Source: Candidatus Scalindua sp. (GTDB lineage Bacteria; Planctomycetota; Brocadiia; Brocadiales; Scalinduaceae). From it: a DNA stretch of 32,000 bases. The stretch lies in NCBI GenBank assembly GCA_031316235.1, contig JALDRA010000001.1, forward strand, positions 2,700,001 to 2,732,000, in the 5' to 3' direction. Shown in pieces: positions 1 to 7,744 of the stretch. Numbering within the stretch: the first letter of the stretch is position 1; the number at the start of each line of letters is the position of its first letter. The translations under genes were made by a program, and so were the position numbers. The notes under the pieces were generated by a model. It searched no databases. It had not been told where the DNA came from and saw only the letters and a list, made by a program, of their open reading frames with translations.

Positions 1-878
1 TAAGGGCTGAATATCCGATTGCGGTTGATCATCTTGAGTTCGCTATTCATCAGGCAAGGCAACTCAACTTGCTTGGTGATAATATCCTGGGATCTGGCTT
101 TAATTTCGATCTGGAGATAAAAAAGGGTGCAGGTGCCTTTGTGTGCGGTGAGGAGACAGCTTTGATCGCTTCCATTGAGGGCAAGAGAGGAATGCCGCGT
201 CCTCGTCCACCTTTTCCTGCAATCTCGGGTTTATGGCAGAAGCCTACCAATATAAACAATGTGGAGACATTTGCCAACGTTCCCTTGATAATGCAACATG
301 GTTCGGAATGGTATAAGCAATTCGGCACGAAAAATGGTTCCGGCACAAAAATATTTGCACTGGCGGGGAATGTAAAGAATACCGGATTGGTAGAAGTTCC
401 CATGGGAACAACTCTCAGGGAGATTGTCTTCGATATTGGGGGTGGCATACCGGGACGTCGCCAGTTTAAGGCTGCTCAGATGGGAGGACCCTCAGGAGGC
501 TGTGTTCCTGCCGAGCATCTGGATCTGCCAATTGACTATGAGTCAGTAAAAGAGGTTGGTGCGATTATGGGATCCGGCGGACTTATAGTCATGGATGAGA
601 AGACATCGATGGTTGAGATTGCAAGGTATTTTATGGAATTTGTTCAAGAAGAGTCTTGTGGGAAATGCGGTCCCTGCAGGATTGGTACGAAAAGGATGCT
701 GGAAGTGTTGACAAGACTCGTTGCTGGTAATGGCTGCAGGGAGGATATTGAGGATTTGACAAAGATGGCACATGTCACGAAAAATGCCTCTTTGTGCGGA
801 CTTGGGCAGACAGCTCCAAACCCCGTATTGTCAACAATCAGGTTTTTTCTGAAAGAATTTGAAGAGCTTATTCCATGA
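1..878 (+). CDS. NADH/FMN-binding [4Fe-4S] flavoprotein subunit, NuoF/HoxF/FdhB family. This is the C-terminal part; the 5' end lies outside the window and the reading phase starts at nt 3.
   Basis: The frame is open from nt 3 ([33 protein letters not shown]...). It carries the family signature [32 protein letters not shown] and the Fe-S cluster motif [13 protein letters not shown]...[14 protein letters not shown] cannot tell whether it belongs to complex I, a hydrogenase or a formate dehydrogenase. Confidence 0.85.
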   Translation, partial: RAEYPIAVDHLEFAIHQARQLNLLGDNILGSGFNFDLEIKKGAGAFVCGEETALIASIEGKRGMPRPRPPFPAISGLWQKPTNINNVETFANVPLIMQHGSEWYKQFGTKNGSGTKIFALAGNVKNTGLVEVPMGTTLREIVFDIGGGIPGRRQFKAAQMGGPSGGCVPAEHLDLPIDYESVKEVGAIMGSGGLIVMDEKTSMVEIARYFMEFVQEESCGKCGPCRIGTKRMLEVLTRLVAGNGCREDIEDLTKMAHVTKNASLCGLGQTAPNPVLSTIRFFLKEFEELIP

Positions 879-1594
879 AGATAGTCTCTGTGCTGGGTAC
901 GGCAAGTAATACGGGTAAAACTACTGTGGCATCATACATTATCAGGAGTTTGTCGGAATGCATACGCAACGTTAGCGGAGAGAACATAAAAGCAAGCGGA
1001 TTGGGTGCCTTAAAAATTACCGTCAGGCATGAGGGGGTATGTCCCAGGCATACACAGTGCGACACATGCGATACTCATGAGACACCGTTTCAGATTATAA
1101 CGAGTGATGAAATTATCAGGGAAGAAGGGAAAGATACCGCGTGCCTGTTAAATTCAGGGGCAGGTAACGTGGTCTGGCTGCAAACTGACTCAGATGTGGA
1201 AAGAGAGAGCATTGAGGCGGCTCTTGGTTGCTTTGATAAAGACAAAATATTAATTGTTGAAGGAAATAGCCTTCTGCGTGTGATGGATGCTGATATTTCT
1301 ATTTTAGTGGCAACACCTTCCGTAAAAAAGATGAAAAGATCTGCAAAACTCTTACTCAATAGAATAGATATTGTTGCCATTAACATGCATAATGATGATA
1401 GCGTGGAGCAGTTGAGAGAGTGTAAAAAAGAGTTGGGTGATTTCGGCTCTCGAATAGTCCCGTTTTATATGATCAACCCCTGCAAAGACAATGTCTATTC
1501 CAATAAAGCATTCATTGAGAAAATATGGTATTCTTTATATGGCGAGCCTCTCGATCACAATTTCTGGTCAAAAAAACAGAAAATTGCCGGTTGA
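875..1594 (+). CDS. MobB-like P-loop NTPase (molybdopterin-guanine dinucleotide biosynthesis adapter family) with a Cys-rich insertion
   Basis: Walker A motif [10 protein letters not shown]. Matches to E. coli MobB blocks recalled from memory: LKITVRHEG (IKHTHH), [19 protein letters not shown] (GKDSYELRKAGA) and ILIVEGNS (LILVEGFK). The ATG overlaps the upstream stop codon (ATGA at 875-878). Confidence 0.55.
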   Translation: MKIVSVLGTASNTGKTTVASYIIRSLSECIRNVSGENIKASGLGALKITVRHEGVCPRHTQCDTCDTHETPFQIITSDEIIREEGKDTACLLNSGAGNVVWLQTDSDVERESIEAALGCFDKDKILIVEGNSLLRVMDADISILVATPSVKKMKRSAKLLLNRIDIVAINMHNDDSVEQLRECKKELGDFGSRIVPFYMINPCKDNVYSNKAFIEKIWYSLYGEPLDHNFWSKKQKIAG

Positions 1595-1645
1595 GAGACT
1601 CGCTTCAGATTTTATTGTACCATAGGGGTGGTGATTGTCGTAAAA

Positions 1646-1770
1646 CCAGATGTTGAACGAAAACCGCCCGGACACAAGCTGCGCAATGAGTTCTTGTCCG
1701 GCAAGGTCTCATGTACCTCAGGCTTGGGGGGATTATTGACGCAACCCCGCAGTTTCCGTTCAACAACTGG
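1646..1770. other. Roughly 125-nt element closed by a 19-bp imperfect inverted repeat. It may be a structured RNA or a MITE-like element; function is unknown.
   Basis: ccagatgttgaacgaaaac (1646-1664) is the reverse complement of gtttccgttcaacaactgg (1752-1770) at 17 of 19 positions. Internal hairpins: ccggacacaag/cttgtccgg (1668-1678 / 1693-1701) and GGGG/CCCC (1728-1731 / 1745-1748). It lies in the 211-nt gap between the mobB-like gene and recJ. Confidence 0.3.
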
Positions 1771-1805
1771 ATAGCAAGAATTGGTTTTGGTATATGAAAG
1801 GCTGA

Positions 1806-3743
1806 ATGGCGATTCAAGAGACCTCCAGTATGAAATGGGTTTTTTCTCCCCTGAGTAATGATCTTCGAGATGAGATTGCTCGTTCTCTCCGTATCTCACC
1901 GATAGTATCTCATATCCTGATTAACCGGGGGGTAACAGATGTTGGCGCTGCAAAAATGTTTTTAAGACCTCAACTCTCTTTTCTTCGTGACCCTGCACTC
2001 CTGCCGGATATTGAAAAATCGGCCAAAAGGATTATTGAAGCCATAACCAATGGAGAAAAGATTACGGTTTATGGTGACTATGATGTTGATGGCATATCCG
2101 CAACTGCCTTAATGGTGCAGTGCCTTGAAGTTCTTTCAGAACTGACTGCAAACCAGAAATCCCCGCCTTGCCGGCAGGAGAAATCCGAAATCAGCTACTA
2201 TATCCCCGATCGCCTGGAGGAGGGGTATGGGTTGAATATGAAGGCAATTGAAATGCTGGGGAGGACCGGAACAAAGGTGATTATTACGGTTGATTGCGGG
2301 AGTAACTCATTTGCGGAAGCTGAGGTTGCGAAGAAGAATGGAATAGATCTTATTGTGACTGATCATCATGAGCCGAGCTATCCAGAGTGTTCTCAGCCGT
2401 ATACGGCAGGGAGCGTTACGGAAAAGTCTTCAAATCCACAGGGTAATGGAGTGGTCGGAAGCCGGAAACAACACAACTCAAGTGCCTTTAGTGTGATTAA
2501 CCCAAAGTTGTTGACGTCATCTTATCCTTTCAGGGAACTGTCGGGAGTCGGGGTTGCTTTTATGCTTGCCTGGGCGCTTGGCAAAAGGTATTCAAATACT
2601 GACAAAGTTGTGAGTAAATTTAAAGAGTTTCTTATGAATGCAATGAGTTTTGTAGCGTTAGGTACTATTGCTGATGTAGTTCCGTTAAAAAATGAAAACA
2701 GGATATTAGCAAAATATGGTCTCAATGCACTGCACTATGCGAAACAACCCGGGATTAATGCATTGAAGGAAGTTGCGGGATTGAAGGATAGACCAATTGA
2801 TTCTCACCACGTTGGTTTCTGTCTGGGACCAAGAATCAATGCGGCGGGTAGGATCGGGAACGCAAAAAAGGGTGTTGAATTGCTAACGGCAGGGAGTGCA
2901 GAAAGCGCAAAAGAGATTGCTCAGTACCTGGAAAATGAAAACAGGAAGAGGAAAAAAATTCAAAATGATATTTTGGCATCGGCAAAAAATAAAATTATGA
3001 ATGAAATGGATGTTGAATCCGAGACAGTAATCATCGTTGCTGATGATAACTGGCATCCGGGTGTAATCGGAATTGTGGCTTCGCGACTTGTGGGAGAATA
3101 TTATAAACCCGTTATACTTATTTCAACTGAAGACGAAGTGGGGCATGGTTCAGCACGCTCCATTCCTGATTTTCATCTATACGATGCCCTTGTAAGGTGT
3201 GAGAACTCTTTTTCTGACAGGAAGCTGTTGATATCGTTTGGAGGGCATTCGCAGGCTGCCGGCTTGAGGATTTTAAAGAAAAACATCCCGGAATTCAAGA
3301 AAAGGCTTTATGACGTTTCATCCGAATATCTAAATGGTGAAAATTTGATACCGACACTTCATATAGATCTTGAGATTGAGTTATCTGCACTTTCAAAAGC
3401 GGTTTTACATGAGCTGGGCCGATTATCTCCCCATGGTGAAGGGAATCCTGTCCCCGTTTTTGCTGCCAGAGGTGTAAGCATTGTGGGACAAGTGCGTCGT
3501 TTTGGTGTTCAGGGCCAGCATAGTAATTTTTATGTACGCCAGGGTGATACGACATGCAGGGCGGTTGCATTTGGTCTGGGGATGAGATGCGAAATGTTTC
3601 AAAAGAGTAATGCGAAATGCTCTATTGCCTTTGTCCTGAAAGATCCTGCTCAGACAAATGGAAGAACCGTTCAAAATTTCAGTTTCCGCAACGGGGCATA
3701 CAAAGAGCAATTCGAGCTAGAGGTAAAGGATATTTCTCCTTGA
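1806..3743 (+). CDS. recJ: Single-stranded-DNA-specific exonuclease RecJ
   Basis: DHH-family motifs are present in order: YGDYDVDGISATAL, TVDCGS, VTDHHEP, LGTIADVVPL and FGGHSQAAGL. Length is 645 aa. Confidence 0.9.
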   Translation: MAIQETSSMKWVFSPLSNDLRDEIARSLRISPIVSHILINRGVTDVGAAKMFLRPQLSFLRDPALLPDIEKSAKRIIEAITNGEKITVYGDYDVDGISATALMVQCLEVLSELTANQKSPPCRQEKSEISYYIPDRLEEGYGLNMKAIEMLGRTGTKVIITVDCGSNSFAEAEVAKKNGIDLIVTDHHEPSYPECSQPYTAGSVTEKSSNPQGNGVVGSRKQHNSSAFSVINPKLLTSSYPFRELSGVGVAFMLAWALGKRYSNTDKVVSKFKEFLMNAMSFVALGTIADVVPLKNENRILAKYGLNALHYAKQPGINALKEVAGLKDRPIDSHHVGFCLGPRINAAGRIGNAKKGVELLTAGSAESAKEIAQYLENENRKRKKIQNDILASAKNKIMNEMDVESETVIIVADDNWHPGVIGIVASRLVGEYYKPVILISTEDEVGHGSARSIPDFHLYDALVRCENSFSDRKLLISFGGHSQAAGLRILKKNIPEFKKRLYDVSSEYLNGENLIPTLHIDLEIELSALSKAVLHELGRLSPHGEGNPVPVFAARGVSIVGQVRRFGVQGQHSNFYVRQGDTTCRAVAFGLGMRCEMFQKSNAKCSIAFVLKDPAQTNGRTVQNFSFRNGAYKEQFELEVKDISP

Positions 3744-3788
3744 AAATAGAATAACGTTCTATTACCATACACAATCATAATCCAGAAA

Positions 3789-4658
3789 GTGGAACAAGTA
3801 AACTTGGAATGCGTTATCATTCAGCTATGGGTTTTTGCTACAGGTGCCGTGATCGGGAGTTTTCTGAATGTCTGTATCTACAGGATTCCCGAGAGAGTTT
3901 CGCTGTTTCTCCCGAGATCTTCCTGTGTTGATTGTCATGCGGCAATTGCCTGGTATGATAATATCCCCATTGTAAGTTTTTTGGTTCTCAGGGGAAGGTG
4001 CAGGCATTGTGGGCATAAAATAGCAGTTAAATATCCAGCTGTTGAATGTATAACGGGCGTGGTCTTTTTGCTGCTGTTGCACTCTTTTCCTTTAACGGAT
4101 AAATCTTTCTGTATCTTTTTTGTTTTTACATTTTTTTGCTGCCTCCTGATTGTCTGTTCTTTTGTTGATTTGAAGCTTCATATCATTCCTAATGAAGTTT
4201 CATATACAGGTTTGGTTATGGCGCCACTGGCGAGTCTGATGTGTCCGCAAATTCATGTTCTTTGCGGTTCGTTGCGGTTTTCCAGTGAAAGCCAGTTGGT
4301 ACGCTCTTTCCTGGTATCATTGCTGGGCATCCTTGTTGGTGGAGGGTTGATCTATGGCTGTGCACTCATTGGCAGGATTGTCTTGAAAAAAGAGGCAATG
4401 GGTTTCGGTGATGTTAAATTGATGGGTGTGATAGGGGGATTCCTGGGTTGGAAATTGGCTATTACAACATTCTTCTTCGCTCCTTTTTTAGGATTGCTGT
4501 TTGCCATACCGAAACTTATTTACAAAAAGGAACGGCTTATTCCATATGGTCCATTTTTATCGTTGGCAGCATTTCTCTGTTTATTGTATAGGGATGTTTT
4601 TCTTGGGATTATCGATAATTACGTAGAAACGTTTGCATATTTATTTGCTGTTTTGTAA
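3789..4658 (+). CDS. pilD: Type IV prepilin leader peptidase / N-methyltransferase (peptidase A24)
   Basis: Motifs GSFLNVCIYRIP, a Cys pair-pair CVDCH...CRHCGHKI, catalytic Asp contexts FVDLKLHIIP and GFGDVKLMG, and multiple TM segments. The start is GTG at 3789; TTG at 3804 is an alternative. Confidence 0.85.
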   Translation: MEQVNLECVIIQLWVFATGAVIGSFLNVCIYRIPERVSLFLPRSSCVDCHAAIAWYDNIPIVSFLVLRGRCRHCGHKIAVKYPAVECITGVVFLLLLHSFPLTDKSFCIFFVFTFFCCLLIVCSFVDLKLHIIPNEVSYTGLVMAPLASLMCPQIHVLCGSLRFSSESQLVRSFLVSLLGILVGGGLIYGCALIGRIVLKKEAMGFGDVKLMGVIGGFLGWKLAITTFFFAPFLGLLFAIPKLIYKKERLIPYGPFLSLAAFLCLLYRDVFLGIIDNYVETFAYLFAVL

Positions 4659-4789
4659 CTGAAAAAAGGGTTGTGAGTATCTCTTCTGTTTGGTTGGGAT
4701 TCGTTGATAATGGCAGAGTGGATTTTGAACCATTTGTTGATTCAACTATCCTTACATTTAATTAATCTTTAGAAAAAAGGGGGGTGGTT

Positions 4790-5440
4790 ATGCGTTTTCA
4801 AACAATTTTTTTGCGTTGTTTCTTACTTTCTTTAGCGCTTGTTTCTGTTGGTTGTGCTGAACTCAAGAAGCTTCGAGAAGACAATTTAGCGATGACTCAG
4901 AGGTTGGAAAGGCTCCAAAGTGAAAGAGATGGGCTGAGTTCAAAATATATGGCGAGCGAAAGAGAAAAAGCATTACTGCTTGCGGAACAGGCCCGGCTGG
5001 AGGGTGAAAGGCGAAGTCTGGAGCAGAGGCTGCAGGGGACCGGTGCCACGGTAAGGGTTAAAGAGGGTCAAATCTCCATTACCCTGCCCTCATCAATATT
5101 TTTTAACTCCGGCAAGATTACCCTGAAAGAGACTGGAAAAAATAGTTTGCAGAAAGTATGTAGTGCATTAAGTCAGGATTTTCCAAATGGATCCATCAGG
5201 ATAGAGGGACACACAGATACTGATCCTATTAATCGTACCAAAGAGCTGTATAGGTCAAATTGGGAACTGTCAGCCATGCGTGCGGCCAATGTACTCCATT
5301 TTCTCCTTGACACGTGCCATCTGGATCCAAAGAAGATCTATATTGCGGGTTTCGGAGAATATCAACCGGTAGCCAGCAACAAAAACCGGGAGGGTAAGCA
5401 GCAAAATAGACGAGTAGAGATTGTTGTAGTATCAAAATAA
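4790..5440 (+). CDS. OmpA/MotB-domain protein with an N-terminal signal/lipobox-like sequence and a coiled coil
   Basis: C-terminal OmpA_C signature EGHTDTDPI...NWELSAMRAANV...NRRVEIVV. N-terminus is LALVSVGC. I prefer ATG at 4790 over the track's GTG at 4784 because the purine-rich aaaaaagggggg lies just upstream. Confidence 0.8.
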   Translation: MRFQTIFLRCFLLSLALVSVGCAELKKLREDNLAMTQRLERLQSERDGLSSKYMASEREKALLLAEQARLEGERRSLEQRLQGTGATVRVKEGQISITLPSSIFFNSGKITLKETGKNSLQKVCSALSQDFPNGSIRIEGHTDTDPINRTKELYRSNWELSAMRAANVLHFLLDTCHLDPKKIYIAGFGEYQPVASNKNREGKQQNRRVEIVVVSK

Positions 5441-6115
5441 ATGATATCGATCATAGATTACGGGATGGGCAACCTGAGAAGCGTTGCAAAAGCATTCGAA
5501 AAAGTTGGCTTCGAGACCGTCATAACAAACAGTCCGGAAATAATAGACAAATCTGATAAGATTGTATTGCCTGGTGTCGGGGCCTTTAAGGATGCATGTG
5601 ATGGTTTGCGGGAAATACACCTTGTCGATCCTATAAGAAACCATGTTAGAAAGGGAAAACCTTTTTTAGGGATCTGCCTTGGTCTTCAGCTGCTTTTTAC
5701 AAGGAGTACGGAGGGAGGGGAGCAGCGTGGTCTGGGCATCATAGACGGTGAAGTGGTCCGTTTTCAATCACCTCAAACAGATTATCATATCGGGCTGGCG
5801 AACGATGCACCTTTCCCGGGAGGGGTTCCCGGGAGAGATGGGCATAAATTAAAGATACCGCACATGGGCTGGAATGGTATACGGATTAAAAAAAAGGTAC
5901 CTCTCTTGAAAGGTGTGCCAGATAATGCATACATGTATTTTGTACACTCCTATCATGTAATTCCTGATCAGCCTGAGATTATAGCTGCAGAAACGGAATA
6001 CGGTGCACTGTTTGTTTCTATGATAGCAATCGAGAATATCTTTGCAATGCAGTTTCACCCGGAAAAGAGCCAATCCTGCGGTCTGCTGATTCTTCAAAAT
6101 TTTGCAGAATTATGA
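5441..6115 (+). CDS. hisH: Imidazole glycerol phosphate synthase, glutamine amidotransferase subunit HisH
   Basis: Motifs [19 protein letters not shown], nucleophile context GICLGLQLL, and HSY...QFHPEKS. The ATG directly abuts the upstream TAA stop. Confidence 0.9.
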   Translation: MISIIDYGMGNLRSVAKAFEKVGFETVITNSPEIIDKSDKIVLPGVGAFKDACDGLREIHLVDPIRNHVRKGKPFLGICLGLQLLFTRSTEGGEQRGLGIIDGEVVRFQSPQTDYHIGLANDAPFPGGVPGRDGHKLKIPHMGWNGIRIKKKVPLLKGVPDNAYMYFVHSYHVIPDQPEIIAAETEYGALFVSMIAIENIFAMQFHPEKSQSCGLLILQNFAEL

Positions 6116-6433
6116 ATGGTGTATTATCCTGTTATTGATATGAAGAGAGATTGTGTATTGACTATCTTCCCTATATTTTTCTGTTTTGGTTTTCAACATT
6201 ACCTGCACTCTTTTGTTCACAATTACAACGCGGAACCGTAACTCATCATGCGGGAGGTAAAGAATCTTTCCTCTTCCGGGGCGGTAGGTAATTTTAGCCA
6301 TTTTTGGTATTGGGGCACCCGGAAAGGGATGCCCGATAAGTGTATGGTCTATTCTCTCTGCATAGCTGATGAGAGCTCTGTTTGGCCAACATTCCCGATG
6401 GGTAACGTAATGTTCGCTTTTTTGGAGTGCAAA

Positions 6434-6461
6434 TTGCGTAGGCTTTATTTTCCAGTATAAT
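6434..6461 (+). promoter_or_regulatory. Candidate sigma-70 promoter for the hexaheme cytochrome gene
   Basis: TTGCGT (6434-6439), a 16-nt spacer, then TATAAT (6456-6461). It sits about 70 nt upstream of the TTG start at 6530. Sequence match only. Confidence 0.3.
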
Positions 6462-6529
6462 CTGCGAAGGAAATGTTTCTTCTGCCAGGTTTCTAAATTG
6501 TTAAAGAAAACTTTGAAGCACCGATACCG

Positions 6530-7546
6530 TTGAATATAGGCCCTTATGTCAAACCGATATGGCTGATTTCCGTCTCACTCCTCCTGCTGGGTGTTTCAGG
6601 TGTGTGGTTTTATCCAGAGTTGAATCCTGAATGGAAGCGGCATCAGAGAGCTGCGATACAGGAGCAGATTGGTAAAGCGGAGGAGAGTTATGCATTCTGG
6701 TCAAATCCGGAATATGGTATGCCGGAAGAGGCTGAGAAGCTTAAGGCCAGACTGGATGGTTTAAAGAGCAGGAAATTAGAGATAAAAGAGATCATGCTGG
6801 AAGGTGATGGGCTCTGGAGAAATAAGGAAAGTGGCCCTCAGTTTGACAGGTGCATTACCTGTCACATTGATGAGGATAAGCTGGTCAGGGAACATCCTGA
6901 AGAACTTCCGCTTTCTTTCGATATATATGGCTGTACAATTTGTCATAATGGGAATGGAAAGGCCCTGGAGATCGAACTGGCACATAAGGGACTCTATACC
7001 GACAGGAAGGCAATGATAGACGCCCGTTTTGAGTCTGCTGATGCGTTTATTGCTCTTTGGGAACGGGTGGGAGATTTGAATCCCGATAAAGTTATAAAAT
7101 TCGGACAGGAGAGCCTGATTGGTCCGACAGGCGAGTATCAGATTTATGTGGGAAGCGGGAGGTGTCTTAAGTGCCACAAGAAGACACATCCCGAACACGT
7201 CAAGAGATGGGCAGAGACAAAATTCAAGACATTTGAGAGGTTACGTAAGGAGCCTGACTTTCAAAAGGGAAACAAGAGATACAGGAGTCTGTGTTACAGG
7301 TGTCACACTACGGGATATCGAGAAGATAAAGACTTATATGCCGAGCAGGGTGTCGGTTGTGAAGCCTGTCACGGACCGGGAGAGGTGTATAGTGAATTGA
7401 TGGCGGGGAAGAAGACCATAGATGAGGCGAGAAAACTCATGCGTGTATCTTTCGGATTCAGCACGTGTGGTAACTGCCATATTCCCAAAAGGCACGAAAT
7501 GCGTAAGGAGTTTTTTGCGAAAACAGAGATCAGTGGAGAAGAGTGA
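6530..7546 (+). CDS. Membrane-anchored hexaheme c-type cytochrome (cytochrome c554-like multiheme family)
   Basis: Six CxxCH motifs: CITCH, CTICH, CLKCH, CYRCH, CEACH and CGNCH. There is one N-terminal hydrophobic helix (IWLISVSLLLLGVSGVWF). TTG at 6530 is the only ATG/GTG/TTG start that keeps this helix, so the start is uncertain. Confidence 0.8.
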   Translation: MNIGPYVKPIWLISVSLLLLGVSGVWFYPELNPEWKRHQRAAIQEQIGKAEESYAFWSNPEYGMPEEAEKLKARLDGLKSRKLEIKEIMLEGDGLWRNKESGPQFDRCITCHIDEDKLVREHPEELPLSFDIYGCTICHNGNGKALEIELAHKGLYTDRKAMIDARFESADAFIALWERVGDLNPDKVIKFGQESLIGPTGEYQIYVGSGRCLKCHKKTHPEHVKRWAETKFKTFERLRKEPDFQKGNKRYRSLCYRCHTTGYREDKDLYAEQGVGCEACHGPGEVYSELMAGKKTIDEARKLMRVSFGFSTCGNCHIPKRHEMRKEFFAKTEISGEE

Positions 7547-7627
7547 CGTTTGATTTCCGGAGGCGGTAGCCGTTCACAGAATAACAATTGTCTTCAAAAT
7601 ATTTTTACCGTATCCGGCAGATTTCTG

Positions 7628-7655
7628 TTGACAAATTGGATAAGACAGGTATATT
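7628..7655 (+). promoter_or_regulatory. Candidate sigma-70 promoter for the HAO-like gene
   Basis: TTGACA (7628-7633), a 16-nt spacer, then TATATT (7650-7655). A purine-rich aaagggga lies a few nt before the ATG at 7745. Confidence 0.4.
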
Positions 7656-7744
7656 AGCTGGCGCTGTTTTTCTCAGGGGGGTTCTCTGTGCCGCAGAAAT
7701 GGCTATTGTGCATGGAAAAAATTGATTGAAAGGGGATTAGCTGC

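Noticed and set aside
1646-1770. Possibility that the 19-bp-stem element is SRP (4.5S) RNA or 6S RNA
   Set aside because: Neither strand has a GGAA tetraloop or the AGCA/GGAAG helix-8 motifs of SRP RNA. The element is too short, and I could not extend the flanking pairing enough for a 6S-type rod. It is kept only as an unclassified candidate.
1605-1899. Minus-strand ORFs of 70 aa and 95 aa in the mobB-like/recJ gap
   Set aside because: They overlap each other and the recJ start. Their composition is odd (rich in Cys, Pro, Arg and Ser) with no motif. The region is better explained by the inverted-repeat element.
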